DNA of 64,000 nt from Methanobacteriota archaeon (GCA_023436175.1 JAEZKE010000140.1:464-64463), one strand, 5' to 3'. Positions 43,031 through 53,810 are shown, counted from the stretch's first letter. Numbers and translations: made by a program. Notes: generated from the letters alone by a model not told the origin.

Positions 43031-43462
43031 TTATTCAATATTTTCACTTATTTTAAACAGTATTTCTTTAAATGTTTCTATTTCTTCATCTCTAAGACCC
43101 TTTAACATTTTTTTAGTGATTTCTAAATTTTCTTTATCGATATCTTCCAGTAATTTTTTACCCTTGGGAGTTAATTCAATTAAAAGTTTTCTACGGTCTT
43201 TTTCTCCCACTTTCCTGTTTACGAATCCTTTCTCTAACAGCCTATCTATGGTCCTTGTTGGAGTACTCACCGCAACACCCAGTGTTTCAGCAATTTGCTT
43301 CATAGTTTTAGGCTCATCAGGCCCCACAGCATAAATTGCACTTGCCTCCGCTATAGTTAAATTCTTATAAATTTTTAACAGGGTTTCTTGACTTGCTTTA
43401 CTCAGTTTATTGTTTATTACATCAAAAAGAGCTGTAACTATCCTTATATCATCATCATTCAT
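43031..43462 (-). CDS. MarR-family regulator
   Basis: HTH..L.EKG.V.R...DRR...LT.KG. Confidence 0.9.
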   Translation of the reverse strand: MNDDDIRIVTALFDVINNKLSKASQETLLKIYKNLTIAEASAIYAVGPDEPKTMKQIAETLGVAVSTPTRTIDRLLEKGFVNRKVGEKDRRKLLIELTPKGKKLLEDIDKENLEITKKMLKGLRDEEIETFKEILFKISENIE

Positions 43463-43591
43463 AGTTGATTTTCTATCATTTTCTTGATATAAATATTCCG
43501 ATAGCTATATATTCCGATAAGTATATATTATAGTTATCAAATATTATGTGTTACATATAGTTTGACATGCGTAATATTAGGGGATTGAATT

Positions 43592-44857
43592 ATGAATTCA
43601 TTTGAAGATTTAAAAGAAACAGCACAAAATTTCATTGGACTACTGCTTGCAGGTGATTTTATATCTGCCGCCAGTAAATTCGATGACCAGATGAAAATTG
43701 CCTTAAATGAGGCTAAATTGAAAGAAGCATGGATAAATACAATAGGAGAAGCAGGAGCTCTACTGCAGCTAAATACGCCGAAGACAGCTGAAGTGGAAAG
43801 TTACAGAATTGTTACTATCTCCTGCAGTTTTCAAAGATCTGTAATTGATGTACAGATTACTTTTAACAAAAAGGGGCAGATCAGCGGGTTGAACTTCATT
43901 CCAACAAGTATGGAGTATCATGCACCGAACTATGTTGAAAAATTAGCGTTTCGTGAGGTTGAAGTAACTATTGGTGAGGAAAAATGGGCACTGCCCGGAA
44001 CTTTAACAGTACCTGATGGTTCCGGACCTTTCCCAGGCTTAGTACTGGTACATGGTTCCGGTCCAAATGATAGGGATGAAACAATTGGCCCCAACAAGAT
44101 ATTTAAAGATATGGCATGGGGTTTAGCTTCAAAAGGTATTGCAGTGCTAAGATATGATAAAAGAACTTTCAAACACGTTAAACAGTTAACACCTGACCTG
44201 ATAGATAAAATGACTGTTAAAGAAGAAGTCATAGACGATGCGCTACTTGCAATCAATTTAATGCGCAAAACAGAAGGTATAGATCCTAAACGTGTATTCT
44301 ATTTAGGGCACAGCTTGGGGGCCACGCTCGCTCCCCGTATAGCGCAACAGGATAATAAATTAGCCGGAATAATAATCATGGCAGGCATAACTCGTTCAAT
44401 AGAAGAAACAATTTTAGACCAGTTTACATATCTATATAATATAAATGGTAAGATAACCCCTGAACAACAGGCAGAACTCGATGCTTTAAAAAATAAAGTA
44501 AACAAATTAAAGGACCCCGAATTTATAAAAAACATTTCAAGTCAGGACTTACCTTTAGCAATGCCTGTTACTTACTGGAAAGATTTACACAACCATGACC
44601 CAGTAGCTATTGTTAAAGCTTTAAACATGCCTATTCTGGTTCTTCAAGGCAGTCGCGATTACCAGGTACTTGAATCTAAAGATTTTAAAGGGTGGAAAGA
44701 TGCCCTTAATAACAAGGAGAATGCTGCTTTCAAAGTTTTCCCAGAGTTAAACCATTTGTTTATAACAGGTGAAGGCAAATCAAGTCCGCAGGAGTACATG
44801 GTAGAAGGACATGTAGAAAAAGAGGTAATAGATTACATTGTGGAATGGATAAAATAA
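43592..44857 (+). CDS. Alpha/beta hydrolase with N-terminal DUF3887-like domain
   Basis: HGSGP.DRD, RYDKR, GHSLG, D.QV, NHLF. Confidence 0.88.
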   Translation: MNSFEDLKETAQNFIGLLLAGDFISAASKFDDQMKIALNEAKLKEAWINTIGEAGALLQLNTPKTAEVESYRIVTISCSFQRSVIDVQITFNKKGQISGLNFIPTSMEYHAPNYVEKLAFREVEVTIGEEKWALPGTLTVPDGSGPFPGLVLVHGSGPNDRDETIGPNKIFKDMAWGLASKGIAVLRYDKRTFKHVKQLTPDLIDKMTVKEEVIDDALLAINLMRKTEGIDPKRVFYLGHSLGATLAPRIAQQDNKLAGIIIMAGITRSIEETILDQFTYLYNINGKITPEQQAELDALKNKVNKLKDPEFIKNISSQDLPLAMPVTYWKDLHNHDPVAIVKALNMPILVLQGSRDYQVLESKDFKGWKDALNNKENAAFKVFPELNHLFITGEGKSSPQEYMVEGHVEKEVIDYIVEWIK

Positions 44858-44917
44858 GCTGCCCTCGAAAACTATGATTTTCTGGGCAATTCTACAAATT
44901 TTTAAGTGGTGAAAAAT

Positions 44918-45688
44918 ATGAAAACTAACTGGAAATTGTTTATAATTTTACTGATTGCAAGTATATTTGGGATAATAGCTGTGTTTCCATATACATTGAC
45001 ATTAGAGGGGAGTGTACTCCAAAACTTACCTGTACCTTTATACGTACTTTTAACCGGCCAGATCATACAGAATACAATTATGTTTGCCGTTGTTATTTTA
45101 ATTGGCCTTTTCCTTGCCAAAAAGGTTGGTCTTGGCCTCCCGATTCTAGAAGGTTGGCTTGAAGGTAGGGAAATGAAAGGTTACCTGAAATCAATACTTG
45201 GAATATCTGTTGGGCTTGGAATACTGGCAGGTGTTCTGATAACCGGGCTTGACTATCTGTTCTCCTTTGCAGGGGCGACAATTAATGTGGCTCAGGCTTC
45301 AATAAACCCTCCTGTATGGCAGGGGTTCCTGGCATCATTCTACGGTGGAATAAATGAAGAAATCCTGTTAAGACTGTTTTTAATGACTCTTCTTGTATGG
45401 GTATTCTTTAAAATTAAGAAAACAAGCGACGGAAAACCAACAAAAACTGGAGTATGGCTGGCTATTATTTTAGCTGCAGTTATATTCGGGGTCGGCCATT
45501 TACCTGCAGTAATGACAATAACAGCACTTACACCTTTAGTAGTTGTACGTACCATCATATTAAACGCTGCAGGTGGAATTATATTTGGATGGCTTTACTG
45601 GAAGAAAGGGCTTGAATCAGCTATGATATCTCACTTTTCGGCAGATATCGTGCTGCATGTAATCGTGCCTTTCTTAGTATTGATGTAA
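44918..45688 (+). CDS. CPBP (CAAX/Abi) intramembrane metalloprotease
   Basis: EE..R, F..GH and H...D motifs; multi-TM. Confidence 0.9.
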   Translation: MKTNWKLFIILLIASIFGIIAVFPYTLTLEGSVLQNLPVPLYVLLTGQIIQNTIMFAVVILIGLFLAKKVGLGLPILEGWLEGREMKGYLKSILGISVGLGILAGVLITGLDYLFSFAGATINVAQASINPPVWQGFLASFYGGINEEILLRLFLMTLLVWVFFKIKKTSDGKPTKTGVWLAIILAAVIFGVGHLPAVMTITALTPLVVVRTIILNAAGGIIFGWLYWKKGLESAMISHFSADIVLHVIVPFLVLM

Positions 45689-45889
45689 TATCTTACATCT
45701 TCTTTTTTTAAATTTTTAACGCATATTGCATTATAGATTCTGCAAAAAAAGCCGTAAAAAAGAATTCATTAAATAATCAATACTAATTTTTGCTTATTCA
45801 ATATGTAAAATTAGATAAATCATAATTTTAATTAGTGTTTGGATTACTTAACTCGTTTAATTTAAAATTAAAAAATTAGAAAAGAATAG

Positions 45890-47608
45890 TTAACTTTGAG
45901 TTTTTAAGTCTATTCCTTCTTCTGATTCATCTAAATCTTCATTTGGTTTTTCATGTTCATGTATATATTTTTCACCTCTAAGTGCTGATAGTATGGCAGC
46001 TATGAGTGTTAATAGTGCACCTATATAGAATGATATTTGTAGTGCTGGCATGAATGCTTTTGCAAAGATAGTTGGGAACCATGTAGTGCCTGTTAAAGTA
46101 CTTAAGGTGGATGGCGGTATAGTAGATACAATTGGAGATGGTAAACTTGTTATTACCGAACCAATGGGATTATAACCCAGTAAACTTGAAAATAAGGCGC
46201 CAGTTGCTGGAATACTACTTAGTAATGGTGCTAAGTTAATAGCGCCTATACTGATTAGTGAACTTGTTATTTCTCCAGGGAATCTTTGAGTTATTCCTAC
46301 TATAACTATAGTGAAGAATATGGCCATACTAGCTGTAAAAGCTGTATTCATAAAAGTATAAATCATCCCAGAGGCTACTCCCCTATCTTCTGCAGGAACA
46401 GAGTTCATTATAGAAGCATTGTTAGGTGAACCAAATGTTCCAAAACCTATTCCCATTATTAACAGTGCTAAACCGAATTCTACGTAACTAAAATCGTAAG
46501 GAAGCATAGCTAATAATAGGAAAGATACTGTGGAAATTACCATTCCAGTAGTGGCTATTAACCTGGATCCGTATTTATCAGATAGCATACCTGATAATGG
46601 TCCCATAATACTCATTCCCACCGTTAATGGTAACATGTAAACACCCGCCCAAAATGGAGTGGAATCGTAACTGTAACCATGTAAAGGTAGCCAGATGCCT
46701 TGCAACATTATTACAAGCAGGAACATCATACCACCCCTGCTTAGTGAACCTAATAAACCCGCTAGATTTCCATATGTAAATATTCTAATTTTAAATAAAT
46801 CCAATCGGAACATAGGGGATTCAACCCTATTTTCAATGAATGGGAATAAGATTAATGCAGCTAACCCCAGTATCATGAATGCTATCACCCATGGATTATT
46901 CCATCCCATAGGATTGTTACCGTATGGCATTAGTCCATAAGTAACACCAATGAGTAGTAGTGTTATGCCTAGAACGAATGTGAGGTTTCCCCAGTAATCA
47001 ATTTTAGTTTTTAGTGATTTGATAGATAATTCTTTTAATTTATAATATGATAAGAAGGTTCCGATAACTCCAAAGGGTATACTAACTAAGAACACGTATC
47101 TCCAATTGAATACAGCAAGTAAACCGCCCAGAACCAATCCTATAAATGATCCAGACATAGCTGCAACAGCATTTATGCCTAATGCTTTTCCTAATTCATT
47201 TGATGGAAATGCATCAGTTATTATGGCTGCACTATTTGCCATGAATAAAGCAGCTCCTACAGCCTGTATCAATCTAAATACAATGATCTCTATTGCACCG
47301 GCATCACCTGTTGATGGTGTCAAGAATAGTAATATAGAGGCAAAGCTGAATATTAGGAAACCCAACCTGAACATTCTCACACGACCATGAATATCTGAAA
47401 GCCTGCCGAAAGAAAGAAGTAAAGTAGCAGTCAACAACAGGTAACCCATTATAATCCAAAGCAAATATTGAAATGAATTCAGTGGATCAATATGTATACC
47501 ATTAAATATAGCTGGAAGAGCAATGAGTATAATACTCATATTTATACTTCCAATCAGGCTTGCTATAATGACCGTTAACATTGCAGTCCATTTATACTCC
47601 AAAAACAT
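45890..47608 (-). CDS. MFS transporter (DHA2-like, 14 TM)
   Basis: GRLSDIHGR motif A; second-half G.LSDKYG.R. Confidence 0.92.
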   Translation of the reverse strand: MFLEYKWTAMLTVIIASLIGSINMSIILIALPAIFNGIHIDPLNSFQYLLWIIMGYLLLTATLLLSFGRLSDIHGRVRMFRLGFLIFSFASILLFLTPSTGDAGAIEIIVFRLIQAVGAALFMANSAAIITDAFPSNELGKALGINAVAAMSGSFIGLVLGGLLAVFNWRYVFLVSIPFGVIGTFLSYYKLKELSIKSLKTKIDYWGNLTFVLGITLLLIGVTYGLMPYGNNPMGWNNPWVIAFMILGLAALILFPFIENRVESPMFRLDLFKIRIFTYGNLAGLLGSLSRGGMMFLLVIMLQGIWLPLHGYSYDSTPFWAGVYMLPLTVGMSIMGPLSGMLSDKYGSRLIATTGMVISTVSFLLLAMLPYDFSYVEFGLALLIMGIGFGTFGSPNNASIMNSVPAEDRGVASGMIYTFMNTAFTASMAIFFTIVIVGITQRFPGEITSSLISIGAINLAPLLSSIPATGALFSSLLGYNPIGSVITSLPSPIVSTIPPSTLSTLTGTTWFPTIFAKAFMPALQISFYIGALLTLIAAILSALRGEKYIHEHEKPNEDLDESEEGIDLKTQS

Positions 47609-47665
47609 CAACTCCGATAAAAATATTTTTTTACAAATAAATATCAATTATAATAATCTAAATCT

Positions 47666-48175
47666 TTATTTAAGGGAATTTTCTAATTCTGTTAACCTTT
47701 CAATTAAAATTTTAATATTCTCTTTTTTAGATTGCAATTTTTCTTTTCTAAAATCAGTTAATAAAGCAATATAACTATCTATTTCATTTAAAGCGGCATC
47801 TATTACAATTTCACTGCGTTCCATAGGTTTATCAAGGGAATACCATAAACTTCCCATTAGTTTACGAATAGTTTCAAACCCAGTTTCAGTCAACTCATAC
47901 TTACCATCATCCCTTTTTAATATAAGACCTTCTGCTTCTAATTTTTTCAATAAGGGATAAATTGCACCTGATGAAGGTCTTAACGCCTTATCTAGACGTT
48001 TATTATCCCGTATATCGGTCATTTCTCGCATCATTTCATGATGTTTCTCAATGGAATCCATAATTTCCACACCATTTTTAGGGCCCTTCGATAAAACATG
48101 CAAAGTCAGGACCCTTAAACCACCCAGTTTTTCTAACTCATATAACTTCCCAGAAATATTGTCTAATCTCATCAT
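47666..48175 (-). CDS. PadR-family regulator
   Basis: P.NGVEI, PS.GAIYP.L..LE..GLI, YELT..G. Confidence 0.88.
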   Translation of the reverse strand: MMRLDNISGKLYELEKLGGLRVLTLHVLSKGPKNGVEIMDSIEKHHEMMREMTDIRDNKRLDKALRPSSGAIYPLLKKLEAEGLILKRDDGKYELTETGFETIRKLMGSLWYSLDKPMERSEIVIDAALNEIDSYIALLTDFRKEKLQSKKENIKILIERLTELENSLK

Positions 48176-48654
48176 GATAGAAACTCATGTCGATCATTCT
48201 ATATATATCTTTTTATCGACATATAAAAAAAGCATTAAAATGAGTTAATTTTGATATAAAACAGTTTAATTGATAAATAATATATATCTATATCTAATGT
48301 TAGATAAGAATAAAACATGAAATGGATATATAGACATGGCTGAAAATAAGTTAAGTTTTAGTGAAATTATGAATAACTGAATGTAAAACTATTAATTATT
48401 TGAATTTCCAAAATTTTCGAAAAATTCTGACATAAATTTCGTCAAATATTGCTGCAATATTATAAAAGCTAATCCTATTGCTATTAAGTAATTTGAAGGG
48501 ATTGCTATGCTACTATTTGTATTTAAAATACCTAAAATTCCTAATAAAAGGAAATAAATAATAATTAATATTAAATACTTATTGTTAATATGAATTATTA
48601 AAAGCTTAGTATTATAAATAAAGTAATTTAAATTTTATTTGATAAATAAATCCA

Positions 48655-48834
48655 TTATTTCCACTTTTTACTTGAAATCTTAGATTGGACCCTCCCCGAA
48701 ACATGAAAAGTTTCACCTTTTAAACTCACAAGTAAAAATCTAAGTTCAGCTTCTTGAACTACTTCCATAAGATGCATATATTTGGTTTCGGGCGAAATTA
48801 CTCTATTTAATTTGAAATCACTTTTATCAATCAT
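48655..48834 (-). CDS. Small protein (59 aa, not in ORF track), paralog of 49756-49941
   Basis: MIDKSDFKLNRVISPETKYMHLMEVVQEAELRFLLVSLKGETFHVSGRVQSKISSKKWK*. Confidence 0.6.
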   Translation of the reverse strand: MIDKSDFKLNRVISPETKYMHLMEVVQEAELRFLLVSLKGETFHVSGRVQSKISSKKWK

Positions 48835-49062
48835 ATTTTAATTAAACCTTTCAATTTACTATGGAACTATCACATTAATTTAAAAACAAGAATATCAATT
48901 TTAACGCTGTATTTTTTTTGGATGATATTTATTTCAAATTAGCATTGTATTTTTATCTCGATAATTTCTAACAATTTACCTCAAAGACACTTTTTTAATG
49001 TAACATATATGGAATGTAAAAATCAAATTAATGATCTGGAATTAAAACCTGGGGGAATGTGC

Positions 49063-49608
49063 TTGACAGATGTACCAATTAAAGTTGAAAATATCGTAGC
49101 TTCTGCAACTCTTGGAAAGTCAATAGAACTACCTAAAGTAGCTTTGACACTAGAAGGTGTTGAATATAACTCAGAAAAGTTTCCAGGGCTTGTTTACAAG
49201 CTTAAAGAACCTAAAACAGCAGCTCTTATATTTGGATCAGGAAAACTAGTAGGTACTGGTGCAAAAACTACGAAAGATTCAATTAAATCTCTAAATATTA
49301 TTGTGGATAAAATGAGGGTGCTAGATGCAGATATACCAAAAGAATTTGAAATTACAATACAAAATATCGTTGCCTCTGCAAATCTAGGAAAAACATTAAA
49401 CCTTGAAGCAGTAGCATTAGATTTAGAAAATACAGAATATGAACCAGAACAATTTCCAGGTTTAGTTTACAGACTTGAAGATCCTAAAGTTGTATTGTTA
49501 TTGTTCGGTTCAGGAAAAGTAGTGTGCACTGGGGCAAAAAATATCGATGCTGCTCAACTTGGTGTTGAAAAAACGAAGGAAAGGTTGGGTGAGCTGGATT
49601 TAATTTAG
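49063..49608 (+). CDS. tbp: TATA-box-binding protein (probably an extra paralog)
   Basis: Two NIVAS...FPGLVY...FGSGK repeats; TTG at 49063 after GGGGGA gives 181 aa. Confidence 0.95.
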   Translation: MTDVPIKVENIVASATLGKSIELPKVALTLEGVEYNSEKFPGLVYKLKEPKTAALIFGSGKLVGTGAKTTKDSIKSLNIIVDKMRVLDADIPKEFEITIQNIVASANLGKTLNLEAVALDLENTEYEPEQFPGLVYRLEDPKVVLLLFGSGKVVCTGAKNIDAAQLGVEKTKERLGELDLI

Positions 49609-49755
49609 ATCCCAATTTGATAGAAATGCTACTCATTCCTCTCTAACTTTAATTTTTTTGTAGAGTTAAATCAAAGATTTTAACAGATTTGACAAGATTT
49701 TTTGCAAGATTTCACTTTTTTAGATTTTCAAATTTCAAAAAAAATAGAAGAGCAG

Positions 49756-49941
49756 TTAATTACATTTCCATCTTTTACTAAAAATCTTAGACTGACCTTT
49801 CCCAGAAACATGAAAAGTTTCATCTTTCAAACTTGCAAGTACAAATCTAAGTTCCGCTTCTTTAATTATTTCAATAAGATGTAGATATTTGGTTCCATGT
49901 GAAAGTACAATATTAAATTTAAAATCGTTCTTATCAATCAT
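49756..49941 (-). CDS. Small protein (61 aa), paralog of 48655-48834
   Basis: Aligns without gaps to the 59-aa copy; ATGA overlap with the upstream frame. Confidence 0.6.
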   Translation of the reverse strand: MIDKNDFKFNIVLSHGTKYLHLIEIIKEAELRFVLASLKDETFHVSGKGQSKIFSKRWKCN

Positions 49942-50382
49942 ATTTTAATTAAACCTTTCAATTTACTCTTTTTCTTATCATCCTGATTCTCAATCGAAGC
50001 CATATAATCCATTTGTGATTCTAACAATATTGATAAATTCTTTATTTCTGCCTTTAACTGGTCTCTTTCACTTTTAACATTTTTAAGCAGATTTCCAATC
50101 TGTCAAAAATTTTTAATTTTTGACGTCGAAGGAAACGGAGTTTCCTGAACCGCGAAATCAAAGATTTCACAGGCCCAAACACTTTGTGTTTGACGGCTTT
50201 TCAAAATCAGATTTATGCAGCACTTTAACAAATTCCCCAGCTTCAAACGGATTATTTTCCATTAAAGGTATTATAAACTTTTCAAATCTAATGGTTCTTG
50301 TTCTCATCTTTTTATCAATGACTGTAGATACATCTTTACATTTCTTAACCCCCGAATCAATGACATCCAATTTAAACACCAA
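49938..50382 (-). pseudogene. ~112-aa gene interrupted by a hairpin-array insertion
   Basis: 5' frame ..VLHKSDFE, ~106-nt hairpin array, then 3' frame NLLKNVKSERDQLKAEIKNL..KGLIKI*. Confidence 0.6.
50094..50199. mobile_element. Four-hairpin REP/MITE-like insert
   Basis: GTCAAAAATT-TTT-AATTTTTGAC, GGAAAC-GGA-GTTTCC, GAAATC-AAA-GATTTC, CAAACAC-TTT-GTGTTTG. Confidence 0.55.
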
Positions 50383-50427
50383 TTGTAAATAAGGGCATTA
50401 TATTTAAAGATTATTGAGTTAGAGCAT

Positions 50428-50472
50428 GCGAAAAACAAAGTTTTTCGCTGTTACAAATCGTAGATTTTGTAA
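50428..50472. repeat. Tandem short-loop palindromes
   Basis: GCGAAAAAC-AAA-GTTTTTCGC and TTACAAATC-GTA-GATTTTGTAA. Confidence 0.6.
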
Positions 50473-50705
50473 ACATTTGAAAAGTAATTTTTTATGTGCT
50501 TTTGCCACATCTGCAAAACTAAAATTATATTATGTGATATACATTTGTACTCGTGGGAAGTTAGGGAAAAGTTAGGATTAATCTAATTGTTTCATCTATG
50601 TGCTCATTAAACTAAAAAATAGCTATTTCTAATAGTTAAATATTTAATTTTAAAAAATAAATAATAATTGAATTGAATCTTGTTATTTGAGCTGTTTAAA
50701 TTTGT

Positions 50706-51041
50706 TTATCTTCGAACTACTATTACGCCCTTCATGTATGGATGTATTGAACAATAGTAAGGATACGCACCTGATTTAGTGAAAGTAACCTTATAATATG
50801 CCCCGGGATTTATATGGCCGCTACTTCTGAATTTTCTGTTAACACTTGTCACTGTATGGGCTTCATGATCCTTATTTACCCAAGTTACTGTAGTTCCTGA
50901 TTTAACCATGACAATTTTTGGATGAAATGCATGGTTTTGAATTGAAACTGTTTGAGTATGTACAGGTTGTGCAAATGCGGTTCCTGAAAACCCTATTGCA
51001 ACAACAAAAGCGAATAGAAGAATTCCCATTTGTTTCCTCAC
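50706..51041 (-). CDS. Secreted cupredoxin (amicyanin/plastocyanin-like)
   Basis: Signal peptide ending AFA; V.W.N.D..AH and YYCSIHPYM type-1 Cu ligands; GTG after AGGTGA. Confidence 0.88.
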   Translation of the reverse strand: MRKQMGILLFAFVVAIGFSGTAFAQPVHTQTVSIQNHAFHPKIVMVKSGTTVTWVNKDHEAHTVTSVNRKFRSSGHINPGAYYKVTFTKSGAYPYYCSIHPYMKGVIVVRR

Positions 51042-51240
51042 ATTATCACCTCTACACTGCATTTGTAATACACATAATGGCTAATGTATTACAAAGTAAT
51101 TTATATTAAAAATGTGTTAAAAAGCTTTCTGCCTAAAAATAATTATTTCAAGTGCTTTTAAACAAAAAAGAATATTTCAACAATTTATTAAAGGCTAAAT
51201 AAAAATTAAAATGATTTTTTCTAGAAACTACCATATAAAA

Positions 51241-51460
51241 TTAATAGCTTAAATAGATTGATAGAGCTAGAGTTCCATGTATTACCCAAATGTCAATGCA
51301 ATAATAGCAAGGGTTGGATGAAACTTAGAATGTATCTTTATTCCTCTAAAATCATTATGCCTACTAAAGCAGCTATGATAAATAAAGAGAGAGTAGTAAT
51401 TCTAATATAAAGGATTAAAGGCTTTCCAAAGATGGGAAAATATGTTATACTACTCAACAT
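51241..51460 (-). pseudogene. Frameshifted small membrane protein with two His residues
   Basis: MLSSITYFPIFGKPLILY..VGIM / FRGIKIHSKFHPTLAIIALTFG / VIHGTLALSIYLSY* across two 1-nt shifts. Confidence 0.6.
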
Positions 51461-51478
51461 TTTAATCAACTCTTAAAA

Positions 51479-51817
51479 TTATTGAACTACAATTTTACCT
51501 TTCATTTCGGGATGTATTGAACAGTGGTAAAGATAGGTACCTGCTTTAGTAAATGTAAATGTATAGTTAGATCTGGATTTAAATTGCTGCTACTTATAAA
51601 TTCTTCATTATCACTTGTTACCGGTGAGTTGTTGAATCTTCGTTTACCCATGTAACAATTGTCCCTGTTTTAACAGTTAAGTTATTTGGACTAAATGCGA
51701 AATTTTGAATATATACAGTATTCAGTGGAACGTTTTGCGGTTTTGAGTGCATCCAGACAACGCTACTACTCCTATCAAAAGTAATATTGCCCCAATCCCC
51801 GTATATTTCGATTTCAT
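51479..51817 (-). pseudogene. Frameshifted lipoprotein cupredoxin
   Basis: LSGC lipobox; IQNFAFSP..VTWVN.D..H; YHCSIHPEMKG; three 1-nt frameshifts. Confidence 0.8.
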
Positions 51818-52145
51818 GATAGAATACTTGTTTGATATAATAAATTAACTAAAAACAGACAAAAGAGAACACTTAAATTAGAATTACGGAACAACATGTA
51901 ACTTGAATTACAGAGAATTATTGAATATCACATACAATCTCTAAATTATGATCATTCAAAATATATTTAGAACAACATCCATATCATTAACAGATTGGGT
52001 TCTAATCTTATAAGTAGCACCAATTTGGTTTATTAGTGAAAGTATAGTAAACAAATTTGAAAAAAGAAACAATGATCTAATAGAAAATGGATAAAATAGC
52101 ATTAAGATGTTAAAAGTATATTTATGAGAATAATAGGGTGAACAT

Positions 52146-52715
52146 ATGGAAAGCAAAAAACAAAAGAAATCTGATTTTGGGATGGGTTCAGGAGATAAAA
52201 TAGAGACTAAAGATATTATTTCCCTGAGAGAAAGAATCACAAATATACTGCCAAATTCTTCCCTAAAAAAAGTTTCAGATATTATTATAGAGGAATCTAA
52301 GCGTTTAACAAGCAGCAAGAGTTGTTACGTGGCATATGTAGATCCTGAAAACAAAGATAGTGTTGGAATTTCATTCTCACATATGACTGAAGGTTGCCAG
52401 AGTTACGCAGATATGGGTGAAGCCCGTTTTAAGATTAGGAAAGATGGTACATATGGCGGACTTCTTGGTTATTCTTTAGATACTGGTGAATCATTTTATA
52501 TTCATAATCCAGAGGTTCATCCCGCAGCTCACGGTATTCCAGACGGTCATGATCCAGTTTCTCAATTTTTATCAGTTCCAGTTAAGTATGAAGATACTAT
52601 AATTGGCCAAATCGTGCTTGGAAATCCTGAAAAAGATTATAGTTCACTTGATGTTGACTTAGCAGATGCAATAGCTGATATCTATGCACTTGCTCTTAAA
52701 AAATTATTATACTAA
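52146..52715 (+). CDS. Stand-alone GAF-domain protein
   Basis: G.P.GH.P..QFLSVPV...IGQI.L.N GAF signature. Confidence 0.8.
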   Translation: MESKKQKKSDFGMGSGDKIETKDIISLRERITNILPNSSLKKVSDIIIEESKRLTSSKSCYVAYVDPENKDSVGISFSHMTEGCQSYADMGEARFKIRKDGTYGGLLGYSLDTGESFYIHNPEVHPAAHGIPDGHDPVSQFLSVPVKYEDTIIGQIVLGNPEKDYSSLDVDLADAIADIYALALKKLLY

Positions 52716-52839
52716 CAATATTTAGGTAATCCCAGTTATAACAGAGTTATATATAAAAACTCATCATAAAAATTTAGCTATAGCCCTCAAAAGTTAAAGA
52801 AGACCTCCTAAAAGCTGTATTATACCTAAAATATGAATT

Positions 52840-53766
52840 TCAAACTTTTAAAATATAGATAAAGTAACTATCAATTAGGATTGACATTAAAAAAAGAGCC
52901 ACAACATTAATTCTAGCAAATTTTGTGGCAATTTCTCGATTTTCTATCTTTTTAATAACTTCTATAACCCCTAAAATAAAGGAAATTAATGAAATTAGAG
53001 CCAATACTCGAAAATCTATATTTGAAGGGAATAAATTGGTAAATGGCAAAAGAAAAAATGAAATTGTTGCAATTAATCCGGAAATAGCAATTACTTTGAA
53101 TCCAAATTTTCGACCCCATGATACAATCCATGTCGTTTTACCGCCTAACTTATCCCCATCCATATCCGGAATTTCAAAACTGCAAATAAAAATTATTTGT
53201 AAAAATACAATAGGTATAGAAAAAATTAAAAAAGGAATATCTAAAGTTCCCATTAACGTAAAATAACCAGCTCCTAAAAAAATAATGACTGCAATTATAT
53301 TTGCAATCTCTCCTAATCTTCTATAAACTAATTTAATAGGCGGTGCAGTATAAAACCATGCTAAAAGATTCCCAAAAAAGAAAAATAGGAAAAAAGTAAC
53401 TGGATAATCAAATATGATAGTAAATACTGCTGTAAGAGCAAGAGAGAAAAATGTAATTATAATTGATAATTTCTTTGATAAATTCATCAATTCTGGATTT
53501 TCAACCAGTATTCCTTTACCACCTGAAACTATGTTTGGTTGGTTGTACTTATCTACATTAACATCATAATAGTCATTACCATAATGCACAGCCAAATGAG
53601 CTGTAAATAGTATAGAATAGCCCAACACAAATTTATTTAAGTCAAATTGTGCATTGAGTAGAAGTGCTAGTAAAGCTCCCATTATAAATAACAAAAAATT
53701 ACCTGCTAAAATTTGAGGTCTTCCTAATTCAATAATTTTAAGCACTGAATTCATGTTATAGTTCAT
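52840..53766 (-). CDS. MenA-like UbiA prenyltransferase
   Basis: NDYYD, SGG, YTAPP, EIPDMDGD; ATG 53766 after GGGG RBS. Confidence 0.88.
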   Translation of the reverse strand: MNYNMNSVLKIIELGRPQILAGNFLLFIMGALLALLLNAQFDLNKFVLGYSILFTAHLAVHYGNDYYDVNVDKYNQPNIVSGGKGILVENPELMNLSKKLSIIITFFSLALTAVFTIIFDYPVTFFLFFFFGNLLAWFYTAPPIKLVYRRLGEIANIIAVIIFLGAGYFTLMGTLDIPFLIFSIPIVFLQIIFICSFEIPDMDGDKLGGKTTWIVSWGRKFGFKVIAISGLIATISFFLLPFTNLFPSNIDFRVLALISLISFILGVIEVIKKIENREIATKFARINVVALFLMSILIDSYFIYILKV

Positions 53767-53810
53767 AGTTTTTCCCCGTAACTGATAACTAATTGATATT
53801 GTTATTTTTT

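Noticed and set aside
49672..49735. AGATTT repeated several times downstream of tbp
   Set aside because: Short, irregularly spaced and AT-rich; not distinguishable from low-complexity terminator DNA
50158..50169. In-frame TGA codons near hairpins as possible selenocysteine recoding
   Set aside because: A TAA follows in the same frame and the downstream coding part is in another frame; an insertion explains it better
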